This document shows, one piece after another, positions 24,683 to 32,000 of a DNA stretch of 32,000 bases (the stretch's first letter is position 1; each line of letters opens with the position of its first letter). Both the position numbers and the translations under genes were made by a program. The notes under the pieces are model-generated. The model was not told where the DNA came from. It made no database searches and was given only the letters and a program-made list of their open reading frames with translations. This DNA is from Candidatus Kuenenia stuttgartensis (GTDB taxonomy: Bacteria > Planctomycetota > Brocadiia > Brocadiales > Brocadiaceae): NCBI RefSeq assembly GCF_900232105.1, contig NZ_LT934425.1, positions 2,400,001 to 2,432,000 of the forward strand, given 5' to 3'.

Positions 24683-25505
24683 GTGATTCAATATCTGATC
24701 GGCGCTATTGCATCTGTAATAATCGTAGTTCCGTTAGCATATTACTATTATAACAGGGGAATAATCCGTAAAACAAAAGAACTGGAAAAACGCACGATTG
24801 ATTCTGAACGATTGGCGTTTGCCGGAACGTTGGCAGGGGGACTTGCCCATGAGATTAAAAACCCGCTAAGCACCCTAAACATTCATCTACAACTCCTAAA
24901 AGAAGACCTGCAAAATATCATTGGCGCTTCAGGAGACGACACCCGGAAAGTTTATAGAAAAATAGAGATTATCCAGAAAGAAGCACTAAGATTAGAAGAA
25001 ATCCTGAATGATTTTCTCCGGTTTGCCAAAGGACAAAAACTGGAATTAGAATACTGTGCTGTTAATGAAATTCTGGATGAAGTAATCAACTTTGCAACAC
25101 CGGAAATTAAACAAAAAAATGTCGTTGTTCTTAAAAGCTATCATCCTGGTTTGCCTTTATGTTATATTGACAGTAAACTTATAAAACAAGCCTTTCTTAA
25201 TGTTATTATCAACGCGCAGCAGGCTATGGAGCACGGAGGGGAACTTATGATTCGAACCTCAAAAGTAAAAAAGTCGGTACAGATAGATATCACCGATACA
25301 GGCCATGGCATTTCCAACGATTCGCTCAATAAAATTTTTCAGGTGTACTATTCTACAAAAACTGCCGGGACCGGACTCGGGCTTCCTACTACGAAAAAAA
25401 ATTATAGAAGAACACAGAGGCACAATTAGCGTTCAAAGCCAGGAAGGCAAAGGTACAAATTTTACCATACAATTACCCATAAACCTCGAAAATGTCTCAG
25501 TATAA
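24683..25505 (+). pseudogene. Sensor histidine kinase (one TM, DHp plus HATPase), reading frame broken by a +1 indel in an A8 run
   Basis: The H-box is LAGGLAHEIKNPLSTL and the N-box is NVIINAQQAM. The G-boxes are DTGHGIS and TAGTGLGLPTTKK. After aaaaaaaa at 25394-25401 the homologous continuation IIEEHRGTISVQSQEGKGTNFTIQLP lies in the next frame (track ORF 25305..25505). With seven A residues the gene would be intact. Confidence 0.85.
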
Positions 25506-26853
25506 TACGACAATTCTGATCATCGATGATAACGAAGAACACGCGAATGCTACGGCGGAAGCAATACAAAAGGTAGGATATAAATGTATTGTTGCTACCA
25601 GTGGCAAAGCGGGATTGAAGATTATTGAAACAGAAGAGATAGATGTCGTAATTACCGACCTGATTATGCATGATTTCAGCGGCATGGAAATTCTTAAAGC
25701 GACTAAGGAAAAATTGCCCGAAGCGGAAATTATTTTGATAACAGGATACGGCACTGTTGAAACAGCCGTTGATGCCATGCAAAAAGGTGCCGCTACCTTT
25801 CTTCTGAAACCAATTAATATTAACCATCTGCGCGCAGAAATTAATAAACTCGTTGAAAAACAAAATCTGGTAAGAAATAACATATTGCTCCAGAAACAGC
25901 TTGATGAAAAATATGGCCTTACAGGAATTATTGGCAACAGCGCCAGTATGCAAAAGGTATTGACCATGGTAAATCAGATTTCCGGAACGAATGCCACTGT
26001 ATTGATTACCGGGGAAAGCGGCACAGGGAAGGAATTGATAGCAAAAACCATACATAATAACAGCCTGAGGAAACACAATCCTCTGGTAATTCTTAATTCT
26101 GCCGCAATTCCGGAAAATATTCTGGAAAGCGAATTGTTCGGACATGAAAAAGGGTCATTTACCGGGGCGTTGTATCAGCGGAAGGGGAAGTTTGAATACG
26201 CACACCGCGGCACTTTCTTTCTTGATGAAATAGGCGACATGCCTCTTTCCGCACAAGCGAAACTGTTGCGTGTGTTAGAAGACGGAATGATTACGCGCAT
26301 CGGCAGCAATGAGTCCATTGAAGTAGATGTGCGCTTAATCGCTGCCACGAATCAGGAACTTGGAAATCTTATAAAAGAAGGAAAATTCAGGGAAGACCTG
26401 TACTTCAGATTAAATGTTATTCGCATCAAACTGCCTCCTCTCCGCGAACGGCTTGAAGATATTCCATTGCTCCTTGATGCATTCATTCGCGAATTTTCCA
26501 GATTATATAGTAAGGAAATTTTGCAAATTACCCCTGAAGCCAGAAAAATATTATTAAGATACCAGTGGCCGGGCAATATCAGAGAACTAAAGAATTGCAT
26601 AGAAAGCATGGTAGTTATTACCACAAAAAAATATTTAGATGTAGAAGACCTGCCCGATCATATCGAAAAAAAGAGCGACGAGATGCCAGTCTCCCATGGT
26701 TTGATGGCGGGAATGACTATGGAGGATGCAGAAATAGAACTCATTAAATGCACATTAGCCAGTGTGGGAGGCAATAGAGAAGAAGCCGCCAGAATGCTTG
26801 GGATTGGCGAGAGAACTCTTTATAGAAAGCTAGACCTTTACCGCTTGAAATAA
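25492..26853 (+). CDS. Sigma54-dependent NtrC-family response regulator (REC, AAA+, Fis-type HTH)
   Basis: The REC domain has ILIIDDNEEH and VVITDLIMHDFSGMEIL. The AAA+ domain has GESGTGKE and ESELFGHEKGSFTGA (GAFTGA-type loop). WPGNIRELKNCIE is present, and the C-terminal HTH is EAARMLGIGERTLYRKL. Its start overlaps the kinase stop by 14 nt. Confidence 0.92.
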   Translation: MSQYNTTILIIDDNEEHANATAEAIQKVGYKCIVATSGKAGLKIIETEEIDVVITDLIMHDFSGMEILKATKEKLPEAEIILITGYGTVETAVDAMQKGAATFLLKPININHLRAEINKLVEKQNLVRNNILLQKQLDEKYGLTGIIGNSASMQKVLTMVNQISGTNATVLITGESGTGKELIAKTIHNNSLRKHNPLVILNSAAIPENILESELFGHEKGSFTGALYQRKGKFEYAHRGTFFLDEIGDMPLSAQAKLLRVLEDGMITRIGSNESIEVDVRLIAATNQELGNLIKEGKFREDLYFRLNVIRIKLPPLRERLEDIPLLLDAFIREFSRLYSKEILQITPEARKILLRYQWPGNIRELKNCIESMVVITTKKYLDVEDLPDHIEKKSDEMPVSHGLMAGMTMEDAEIELIKCTLASVGGNREEAARMLGIGERTLYRKLDLYRLK

Positions 26854-26871
26854 AAAAGATGACAACAATTC

Positions 26872-27012
26872 AGTACCTTATCGATAACTTCTTTGCACAC
26901 TTCCATTCGTCAGTGCGTGCTTTTTGGCAAAATATTTAATTGTCCCTTCTGCAGTCGGCAATCTACAATCGGCAGATTGCAGACTGAGGAATGCTGGCTA
27001 TGCCAGTTTAGG
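26872..27012. repeat. Mosaic intergenic repeat, copy E
   Basis: This is the reverse complement of copy A. agtaccttatcgataacttctttgcacacttccattcgtcagtgcgtgctttttggcaaaatatttaattgtcccttctgcagtcggcaatc...ctggctatgccagtttagg. It starts 19 nt after the regulator's stop. Confidence 0.85.
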
Positions 27013-27050
27013 TAACACTTGAGTCTTTTTCAAAAAACTAAATTGTTACA
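27012..27050. repeat. Degenerate copy of the hairpin found at 30250-30288
   Basis: gtaacacttgagtctttttcaaaaaactaaattgttaca aligns with tgtaacactttagatttttcaaaaagctaaagtgttaca. The stem here has two mismatches. Confidence 0.7.
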
Positions 27051-27083
27051 AAATATGAAAACCTTTCGAATAATTAATCCCCT

Positions 27084-27461
27084 ATGTTAGAAATCAGAGT
27101 ATGCGCCAATTGCAAAAGAAGTCTTTCAAAAATTGATATTGAATCAGGAAATGCATTGTATCAGGAAGGTGGAACGGTAATCTGCGGCGCTTGCTTTGCC
27201 GGACAAACAAAAACGGAAGAAAAATATGAAGAAAATGACTATATCATGGAATCTATATTACGCGAAGTAAAGAATATTAACCGCACTCTTACCTATGAAC
27301 CCGCCTCCTGGCTGCCAATCCTGGCCTCTGTAATACAGTGCTTTGTATTTGGCTCCCTCATTTTTGCCTACCTTCACCGTAACGGAGATGTTCATTCCTA
27401 TCTATTACTAGCCATTGTTTTTCAAGTAATGGCACTGACCTTTTTCGTGATAAAAAAATAA
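27084..27461 (+). CDS. Small membrane protein with an N-terminal zinc-ribbon-like CxxC...CxxC and two C-terminal TM helices
   Basis: VCANCKRSL..(21 aa)..VICGACFAG forms the cysteine pairs. The hydrophobic helices are WLPILASVIQCFVFGSLIFAYL and YLLLAIVFQVMALTFFVI. I recognise no family. Confidence 0.5.
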   Translation: MLEIRVCANCKRSLSKIDIESGNALYQEGGTVICGACFAGQTKTEEKYEENDYIMESILREVKNINRTLTYEPASWLPILASVIQCFVFGSLIFAYLHRNGDVHSYLLLAIVFQVMALTFFVIKK

Positions 27462-27475
27462 GAACGAAATATTAC

Positions 27476-27503
27476 TTGACTTTCATATTCAGTGTTATAT
27501 AAT
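27476..27503 (+). promoter_or_regulatory. Near-consensus sigma70-type promoter for the peroxiredoxin gene
   Basis: TTGACT (27476-27481), a 16-nt spacer, then TATAAT (27498-27503), about 50 nt upstream of the ATG at 27556. Confidence 0.5.
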
Positions 27504-27555
27504 CAGCAATCATTATTGAATGGTAATATTTTCATATTAAAGAATGGAGGGAAAT

Positions 27556-28077
27556 ATGGGTATACAAGTAGGACAATGTGCGCCTTGTTTTACACTGCAA
27601 GGTGTTGTGGGTGAAAAATTTGAGGATTTTAGTCTGGATAATTATAAGGGTAAGTGGGTGGTGCTGTTTTTCTATCCCTTGGATTTTACCTTTATTTGTC
27701 CAACGGAAATAACAGAATTTTCAAAGAAAGACGGAGATTTTAAATCGCTCAATGCCCAGGTATTCGGGGTAAGCATTGACAGCGTATTCTCACACAAGGC
27801 CTGGCTTAAGGATCTTGGTAAACTTAATTACCCGCTGCTCAGTGATATCACAAAAGAAGTCTCTAGAAAATATGGAGTGTTGATTGAGGATAAAGGTATT
27901 GCGTTAAGGGGCACATTTATTATTGATCCTGAAGGAAAAATAAAATACCAACTTGTTCACGATTTAGGTGTTGGAAGAAGTGTTGAAGAAATTCTGAGAG
28001 TGCTTAACGCTTTACAGACCGGAGAACTTTGCCCGGTTGAATGGAAACCGGGAAAGAAGACCTTGGGTAAGGGTTAA
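27556..28077 (+). CDS. Typical 2-Cys peroxiredoxin (AhpC/Prx1 family)
   Basis: WVVLFFYPLDFTFICPTEI carries the peroxidatic Cys and GELCPVEWKPG carries the resolving Cys. I chose the ATG at 27556 for its spacing after ggaggg; 27544 is an alternative. Confidence 0.92.
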   Translation: MGIQVGQCAPCFTLQGVVGEKFEDFSLDNYKGKWVVLFFYPLDFTFICPTEITEFSKKDGDFKSLNAQVFGVSIDSVFSHKAWLKDLGKLNYPLLSDITKEVSRKYGVLIEDKGIALRGTFIIDPEGKIKYQLVHDLGVGRSVEEILRVLNALQTGELCPVEWKPGKKTLGKG

Positions 28078-28089
28078 TATAAATCTAAA

Positions 28090-28130
28090 GGCAACTATTC
28101 AGTGCAAATATATTGCGTTGAATAGTTGCC
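28090..28130 (+). terminator. Long hairpin after the peroxiredoxin gene, built from two MITE-TIR-like arms
   Basis: ggcaactattca (28090-28101) pairs with tgaatagttgcc (28119-28130), with inner gcaa/ttgc pairing. The arm sequence gcaactattcag matches the TIR of the 6011-6139 element. Confidence 0.6.
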
Positions 28131-28421
28131 AAATATTTTTCAATGCACGATTTTTGATGAAAGCTCCGTTATCTATAATGTTCAATACCACGAAGAAAAG
28201 TCTTTTGTCGTTCCTCATACATCACGCCTCTTTTTTTACCTTTTCAAGATTATTGATGGTCGCCTGAGATACCCTTGGATTTCATAGTTAATGTAACCTG
28301 ATAAATATCTTTTGCCTGGCATGTTCATGCAGAATAACCGCTCCAATATTATTAGGTATGATGTCGCTATGATTTTTTTGCAGATATCGAAAAAATATAT
28401 TTAACCTGTCAGGAGGAAATT

Positions 28422-28958
28422 ATGATAAAAACATCTTTTGCCGCAGTACTCGCAGCCGTACTATCTATTTGTGTTTTCACGAATCATGCACATGCCGTTA
28501 TGACCGGACTCAGTACGGAAGAACTCACAAAATCATCGCATGCCGTTATCACGGGCACTGTTGAGGATGTTCAATCGTACTGGAGCAGTGACAGAAAAAC
28601 TATTTTTACCACCGCCTCAATAAAGATAAGTGAGGTTATCCGCGGTAAAGCCGTTCAAAACACCATTACCGTTGAATATGAAGGGGGAGAAGTGGACGGC
28701 ATAGGACTAAGGATATCGGATATGGCTGTTCTCAGCAAAGGAGAAAAAATACTCTTATTCCTTAAAACAGTGAAAAGCAAAAAGGCGGAACAGAAAGAAG
28801 ACGTATTTCGCATCGTCGGAAAGGCACAGGGAAAATATCATATCGACAACCAGGGCATAGCGAGAAAAAGCGGTTTCTCTGTTATTGATGGTAAAGAGGT
28901 AATCGACAATGAAGTGTCCGTAGAAACCCTCATAAACAAGATAAAAGGAGTCGAATAA
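28422..28958 (+). CDS. Secreted hypothetical protein (178 aa)
   Basis: The signal peptide is MIKTSFAAVLAAVLSICVFTNHAHA|V. A caggagg Shine-Dalgarno sequence lies 7 nt upstream. The stop is 2 nt before the start of the next gene. I recognise no family. Confidence 0.6.
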   Translation: MIKTSFAAVLAAVLSICVFTNHAHAVMTGLSTEELTKSSHAVITGTVEDVQSYWSSDRKTIFTTASIKISEVIRGKAVQNTITVEYEGGEVDGIGLRISDMAVLSKGEKILLFLKTVKSKKAEQKEDVFRIVGKAQGKYHIDNQGIARKSGFSVIDGKEVIDNEVSVETLINKIKGVE

Positions 28959-28960
28959 TT

Positions 28961-30223
28961 ATGACAAAAACAAGATGGAACTATATTATTCCCTTTATCG
29001 TAATCATAGCATTAAATCTTTGCTGTTTAAAAATATATGGATTTGAAGTCAGTACCACAAACAGTGGAAAAGAAATAAAATGGAAAAAAGATACGGTAAC
29101 GTATCTTATCAACACTACTGACGGTCCTTCCGGCAGCCTTGACGCTCTATTGGCGTCAATGCAGACGTGGACAGACGTTGACACCTCTTCTTTTACTTTC
29201 GTAGACGGTGGAACAACCTCAAAAAATAGTCACGGAGAACAGGATGGCATTAATATTATTGATTTTGGGGTTATTAAGGATGAAGGGGTATTGGGGCAAA
29301 ATTCTTTCTGGTTTTATACGTCTGGAGAGATGATTGACAGCGATATACGTTTTAACACCAAAAATACCTGGAGTACAGACGGCTCGTCAGATAAATTTGA
29401 CGTGCAGAATGTAGGCACGCATGAACTCGGCCATTCCCTCAGCCTGGAGGATCTCTATGATAAAAGCGATTCGGAAAAAACTATGTATGGCTACGGTTCT
29501 CCCGGAGATACCAGCCAAAGGACGCTGCATCAGGACGACATGGATGGGATTACTTATTTGTATCCTGCAAATACATCAGGTCAAAATCCGACACCTGTGG
29601 TATTGCCAACGCCTGGCGTAGCAACCGGTACGCTGGCAGGGTTTGTAACGGATAATGATAGAAGGTTGAGAGTAGCAGGAGCAACGGTGCGTAATCAGTC
29701 CGGGATGTTCACCGCTACGACAGGTGCGGATGGATATTATCAGATTGATAATATCCCCGCCGGAAGTTATACGTTCATTGCATTAGCTACCGGATACACT
29801 TTGAAAACAGTAACGGGTGTAACGTTAACGGCGGGAGAAACAGCCACGCTTGACTTTGCGCTGTCGGCTGTCGTTGTTCCAACACCGCCTCCATATGAAT
29901 GCCCCGATACTTTAGAGGTTATGGCAACGTCTGCGTCTGTTGATCCGGATACCTTGATTCTTTCAAAAGGCAGCAGCGAAGAAGTTACAATTATTGTAAC
30001 TGATAATGATGGATGTACGGCAGAGGGCGTGAAAGTAACACGGAAGCTTTCTTCGGCTAACAGGAAAATGATTAACGTAAAACCTCTCAGCGCAAAAACA
30101 GATGCAAGTGGACAGGCAACGTTCACCATAAGGGCGAAGAAGGATAAAGGAAAAGCCGATGTGAAGTTTAGCGTAGGCGGTGTGAAAGATAAACCAAAAG
30201 TAAAGATTGCCCTTACGAAGTAA
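28961..30223 (+). CDS. Secreted metzincin (matrixin/M10-like catalytic domain) with a CarboxypepD_reg-like domain and an Ig-like (Big) domain
   Basis: An N-terminal hydrophobic anchor or signal is present. The zinc site is VGTHELGHSLSLEDLY (HExxHxxSxxD), followed by the Met-turn TMYGY and DDMDGITYLYP. Next comes GTLAGFVTDNDRRLRVAGATVRNQSG..ADGYYQIDNIPAGSYTFIALATGY (carboxypeptidase-regulatory-like fold pattern). The last domain is an Ig-like beta domain ending KADVKFSVGG. Confidence 0.75.
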   Translation: MTKTRWNYIIPFIVIIALNLCCLKIYGFEVSTTNSGKEIKWKKDTVTYLINTTDGPSGSLDALLASMQTWTDVDTSSFTFVDGGTTSKNSHGEQDGINIIDFGVIKDEGVLGQNSFWFYTSGEMIDSDIRFNTKNTWSTDGSSDKFDVQNVGTHELGHSLSLEDLYDKSDSEKTMYGYGSPGDTSQRTLHQDDMDGITYLYPANTSGQNPTPVVLPTPGVATGTLAGFVTDNDRRLRVAGATVRNQSGMFTATTGADGYYQIDNIPAGSYTFIALATGYTLKTVTGVTLTAGETATLDFALSAVVVPTPPPYECPDTLEVMATSASVDPDTLILSKGSSEEVTIIVTDNDGCTAEGVKVTRKLSSANRKMINVKPLSAKTDASGQATFTIRAKKDKGKADVKFSVGGVKDKPKVKIALTK

Positions 30224-30249
30224 GATAGCGCCAGGACAAAGTTTTTCTC

Positions 30250-30288
30250 TGTAACACTTTAGATTTTTCAAAAAGCTAAAGTGTTACA
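30250..30288. terminator. Bidirectional hairpin between convergent genes
   Basis: tgtaacactttagatttttcaaaaagctaaagtgttaca has 19-nt arms with a single mismatch around the central c. It lies between the + gene's stop (30223) and the - gene's stop (30307). Confidence 0.65.
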
Positions 30289-30306
30289 ATTATTCAGGAT
30301 TGTTTC

Positions 30307-32000
30307 TCATGTTTTTTCCTTTTCAATAGCGCACAACAAACCTCTTAGTTGATAAGACCCAAAGGCGGGGTCGTAAGGGGGTTTGTTGTTTGTTAATACG
30401 TTGGCGTTCGATTCCCAAACACCGAATTCCGGACCCGCTTTTTCAGGAAACCACCATCCATGTTCCACGCTTATCACCCGTGGATGAATATCTTCCGTTA
30501 CCTGCGCCTTCATACGGATGCTTCCCCGCGGAGAACTCACAATGACCCAATCACCATGGTTTATTCCCTTTTCTGCGGCAACCTCCCGATGCATTTCTGC
30601 CTGGGGATGCGGCCTCCGTTTTCTCAGAGAGGGTATCTGTCTGTGTTCGCTCTGGAAAAATTCTTTCTTACGGCATCCCGTAATGAGCACATAGGGAAAT
30701 TGTTCCACCAGTTCAGGCGATTGCACCGGGCTTTCCGGGGGTTCTTTGTATGTTGGCAGAGGATCGTACCCCAATCTCTGTAATGATTTTGAATAAAGTT
30801 CTACCTTTTTCGAAGGAGTTCTGAACCCTTTTTCCTCATACCTTTTGTATTGATGCGGCGGATAAAAGAATCCTGAGGTTTTTAACTTCTGATAATCTAT
30901 TCCCAGAGGTTCCAATTGATAATTCATTACGTCTTCCAGGCTTTCTTCGCTTCCTGGCAGGTGAAGCCGTTTGGAGAGTTCATTGATTATCCATTCGTCC
31001 TGCCTGCATTCTGCGTGTTGCGTGATTTTTTGTTGAGCCATGACCATGTTTTCTACCACCAGGGGATATCCAATTACCTGTTCAACTTCAGGCCAAAATG
31101 CCGCGGGAAGGACATAATCCGCCAGTGCAGCAGTAGGCGTCATAAAAAGATCAGTAACCACCAATAGTTCCAGCCTTTGCAAGCTTTCATATACCTCTCC
31201 CGGATTTGCTACTGTAGTCAAAGGGTTGTTTCCAAAGATAAGAAGCGCCCTTATTTGATAAGGATCGCACGTTCTCATTGCCTTAAATAATGCAGGGATG
31301 TGCGCAGACGGCATGAACGCCCTCCAGCCACCCAGGAGTTTAAATGTATCCGCCCCTAAGCGCTTTTTCAACATGCCTTCCGGTAATTTCTCTTTGAGGG
31401 TAGGGTAACTGCGGATGATATTTTTACCAATAATATCACCGCCAGGGTTGTCGATGTTGCCTGTTAATGCGCGTAAAATGGCAATGCTTCTGACGGTTTG
31501 CAGGGAGTTTGTATTCTGTTCAATGCCCAGCCCCCATTCTAATATTGCAGGTTTATTCAGGGCATATGTCCGCGCAGCATTTACGATGTCACATGCAGCT
31601 ACCCATGTAATCGTCTCCGCCCATTCAGGGGTGAACGCTTTTACATGTTCCCTAAGCTCAGAAAACCCATGCGTCCATTTCTCCACAAATTCTTTATCAT
31701 AAATATTTTCCTTTATAATAACGTGTATCATTGCCAGTGCTAATGCAGCATCAGTTCCTGGTCTGACAGGCAGCCATTGCTTGCAGCGTTTTGCAGTCTC
31801 CGATCTCCTGGGATCAACGGCGATGCCGATTGCCCCCTTATCCAATGCCCTTTTGACGGAAATTGCCAATTCACCGTCCGGCCCCGATACCAGTGGATTG
31901 TGCCCCCAGAATAAAATACATTTTGGCGGTACGTCTCCATAGTAATCCCCGACAACAAAACCGCCATACATAATATTGCTAACTGTAATTCTCGGGATAA
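30307..32000 (-). CDS. Molybdopterin (Mo/W-bisPGD) oxidoreductase catalytic subunit, N-terminus beyond window end
   Basis: Track ORF 30307..31971. The frame stays open upstream of that Met to nt 32000 (..IPRITVSNIMYGG). ILFWGHNP, VDPRRSETA and WLPVRPGTDAALALAM are present. The C-terminal molybdopterin-dinucleotide-binding domain is INHGDWVIVSSPRGSIRMKAQVTEDIHPRVISVEHGWW. Confidence 0.85.
   Translation of the reverse strand, partial: IPRITVSNIMYGGFVVGDYYGDVPPKCILFWGHNPLVSGPDGELAISVKRALDKGAIGIAVDPRRSETAKRCKQWLPVRPGTDAALALAMIHVIIKENIYDKEFVEKWTHGFSELREHVKAFTPEWAETITWVAACDIVNAARTYALNKPAILEWGLGIEQNTNSLQTVRSIAILRALTGNIDNPGGDIIGKNIIRSYPTLKEKLPEGMLKKRLGADTFKLLGGWRAFMPSAHIPALFKAMRTCDPYQIRALLIFGNNPLTTVANPGEVYESLQRLELLVVTDLFMTPTAALADYVLPAAFWPEVEQVIGYPLVVENMVMAQQKITQHAECRQDEWIINELSKRLHLPGSEESLEDVMNYQLEPLGIDYQKLKTSGFFYPPHQYKRYEEKGFRTPSKKVELYSKSLQRLGYDPLPTYKEPPESPVQSPELVEQFPYVLITGCRKKEFFQSEHRQIPSLRKRRPHPQAEMHREVAAEKGINHGDWVIVSSPRGSIRMKAQVTEDIHPRVISVEHGWWFPEKAGPEFGVWESNANVLTNNKPPYDPAFGSYQLRGLLCAIEKEKT

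Noticed and set aside
25462-26145. A 227-aa and a 156-aa minus-strand ORF opposite the NtrC-type regulator. The same applies to 12673..13209 opposite yggS, 8972..9502 opposite moxR, 1261..1761 opposite fadL, and 29767..30271 opposite the protease.
   Set aside because: Each lies antisense to a gene with strong family signatures and has no recognisable motifs or start context. They are shadow ORFs.
28317-28331. Sigma54 -24/-12-like sequence tggcatgttcatgca, about 90 nt upstream of the secreted-protein/protease operon and near an NtrC-type activator gene.
   Set aside because: The GG-to-GC spacing is 9 nt rather than the required 10 (TGGCAC-N5-TTGC), and sigma54 promoters are intolerant of spacing changes. 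A motif scan that found upstream activator sites would reopen the question.

Overview
This 32-kb window is about 40% G+C by eye. Almost everything between 1.2 and 30.2 kb is on the + strand, and minus-strand genes run off both edges. The host looks like a diderm environmental bacterium. The gene mix and the intergenic repeats remind me of Planctomycetota or anammox-type genomes, but that is a guess I cannot test here.

Core content, in order:
- a B12-binding radical SAM enzyme (partial)
- a FadL-type outer-membrane channel
- a Wzy_C (O-antigen-ligase-like) membrane protein fused to TPRs
- a DUF1640-like tail-anchored protein carrying a 12 x 33-bp tandem repeat
- an ADP-forming acyl-CoA synthetase alpha-type protein
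- MoxR ATPase plus a DUF58 protein
- a phosphohexomutase and YggS
- an accessory island (see below)
- a TMTC-like GT-C membrane protein fused to TPRs
- rpsO-pnp and a cold-shock protein
- a sensor kinase (frameshifted) plus a sigma54-dependent NtrC-type regulator
- a zinc-ribbon membrane protein and a 2-Cys peroxiredoxin
- a secreted protein plus a metzincin protease
- a molybdopterin oxidoreductase (partial)

The accessory island (about 13.5-19.5 kb) is a graveyard of defence and mobile gene fragments: a HicB stub, a Dcm C-terminus, a DUF4420 PD-(D/E)xK fragment, a DNA methyltransferase tail, a YhcG/DUF1016 gene with both a frameshift and a nonsense codon, and a GIY-YIG stub. They surround one intact, AT-rich two-gene cassette at 14216-16568, made of an unknown 123-aa protein plus a PD-(D/E)xK-nuclease/DUF2075 Schlafen-type NTPase. 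That cassette is my best candidate for an uncharacterised defence-type system.

The window is also rich in non-coding structure. There is a mosaic intergenic repeat family with 5 copies, each just after a stop codon. There is a MITE-like element with derivatives, several perfect palindromes, and a 522-bp-period duplication around the GIY-YIG stub. Three independent 1-nt indels fall in poly-A runs.

No rRNA, tRNA or CRISPR array was found.
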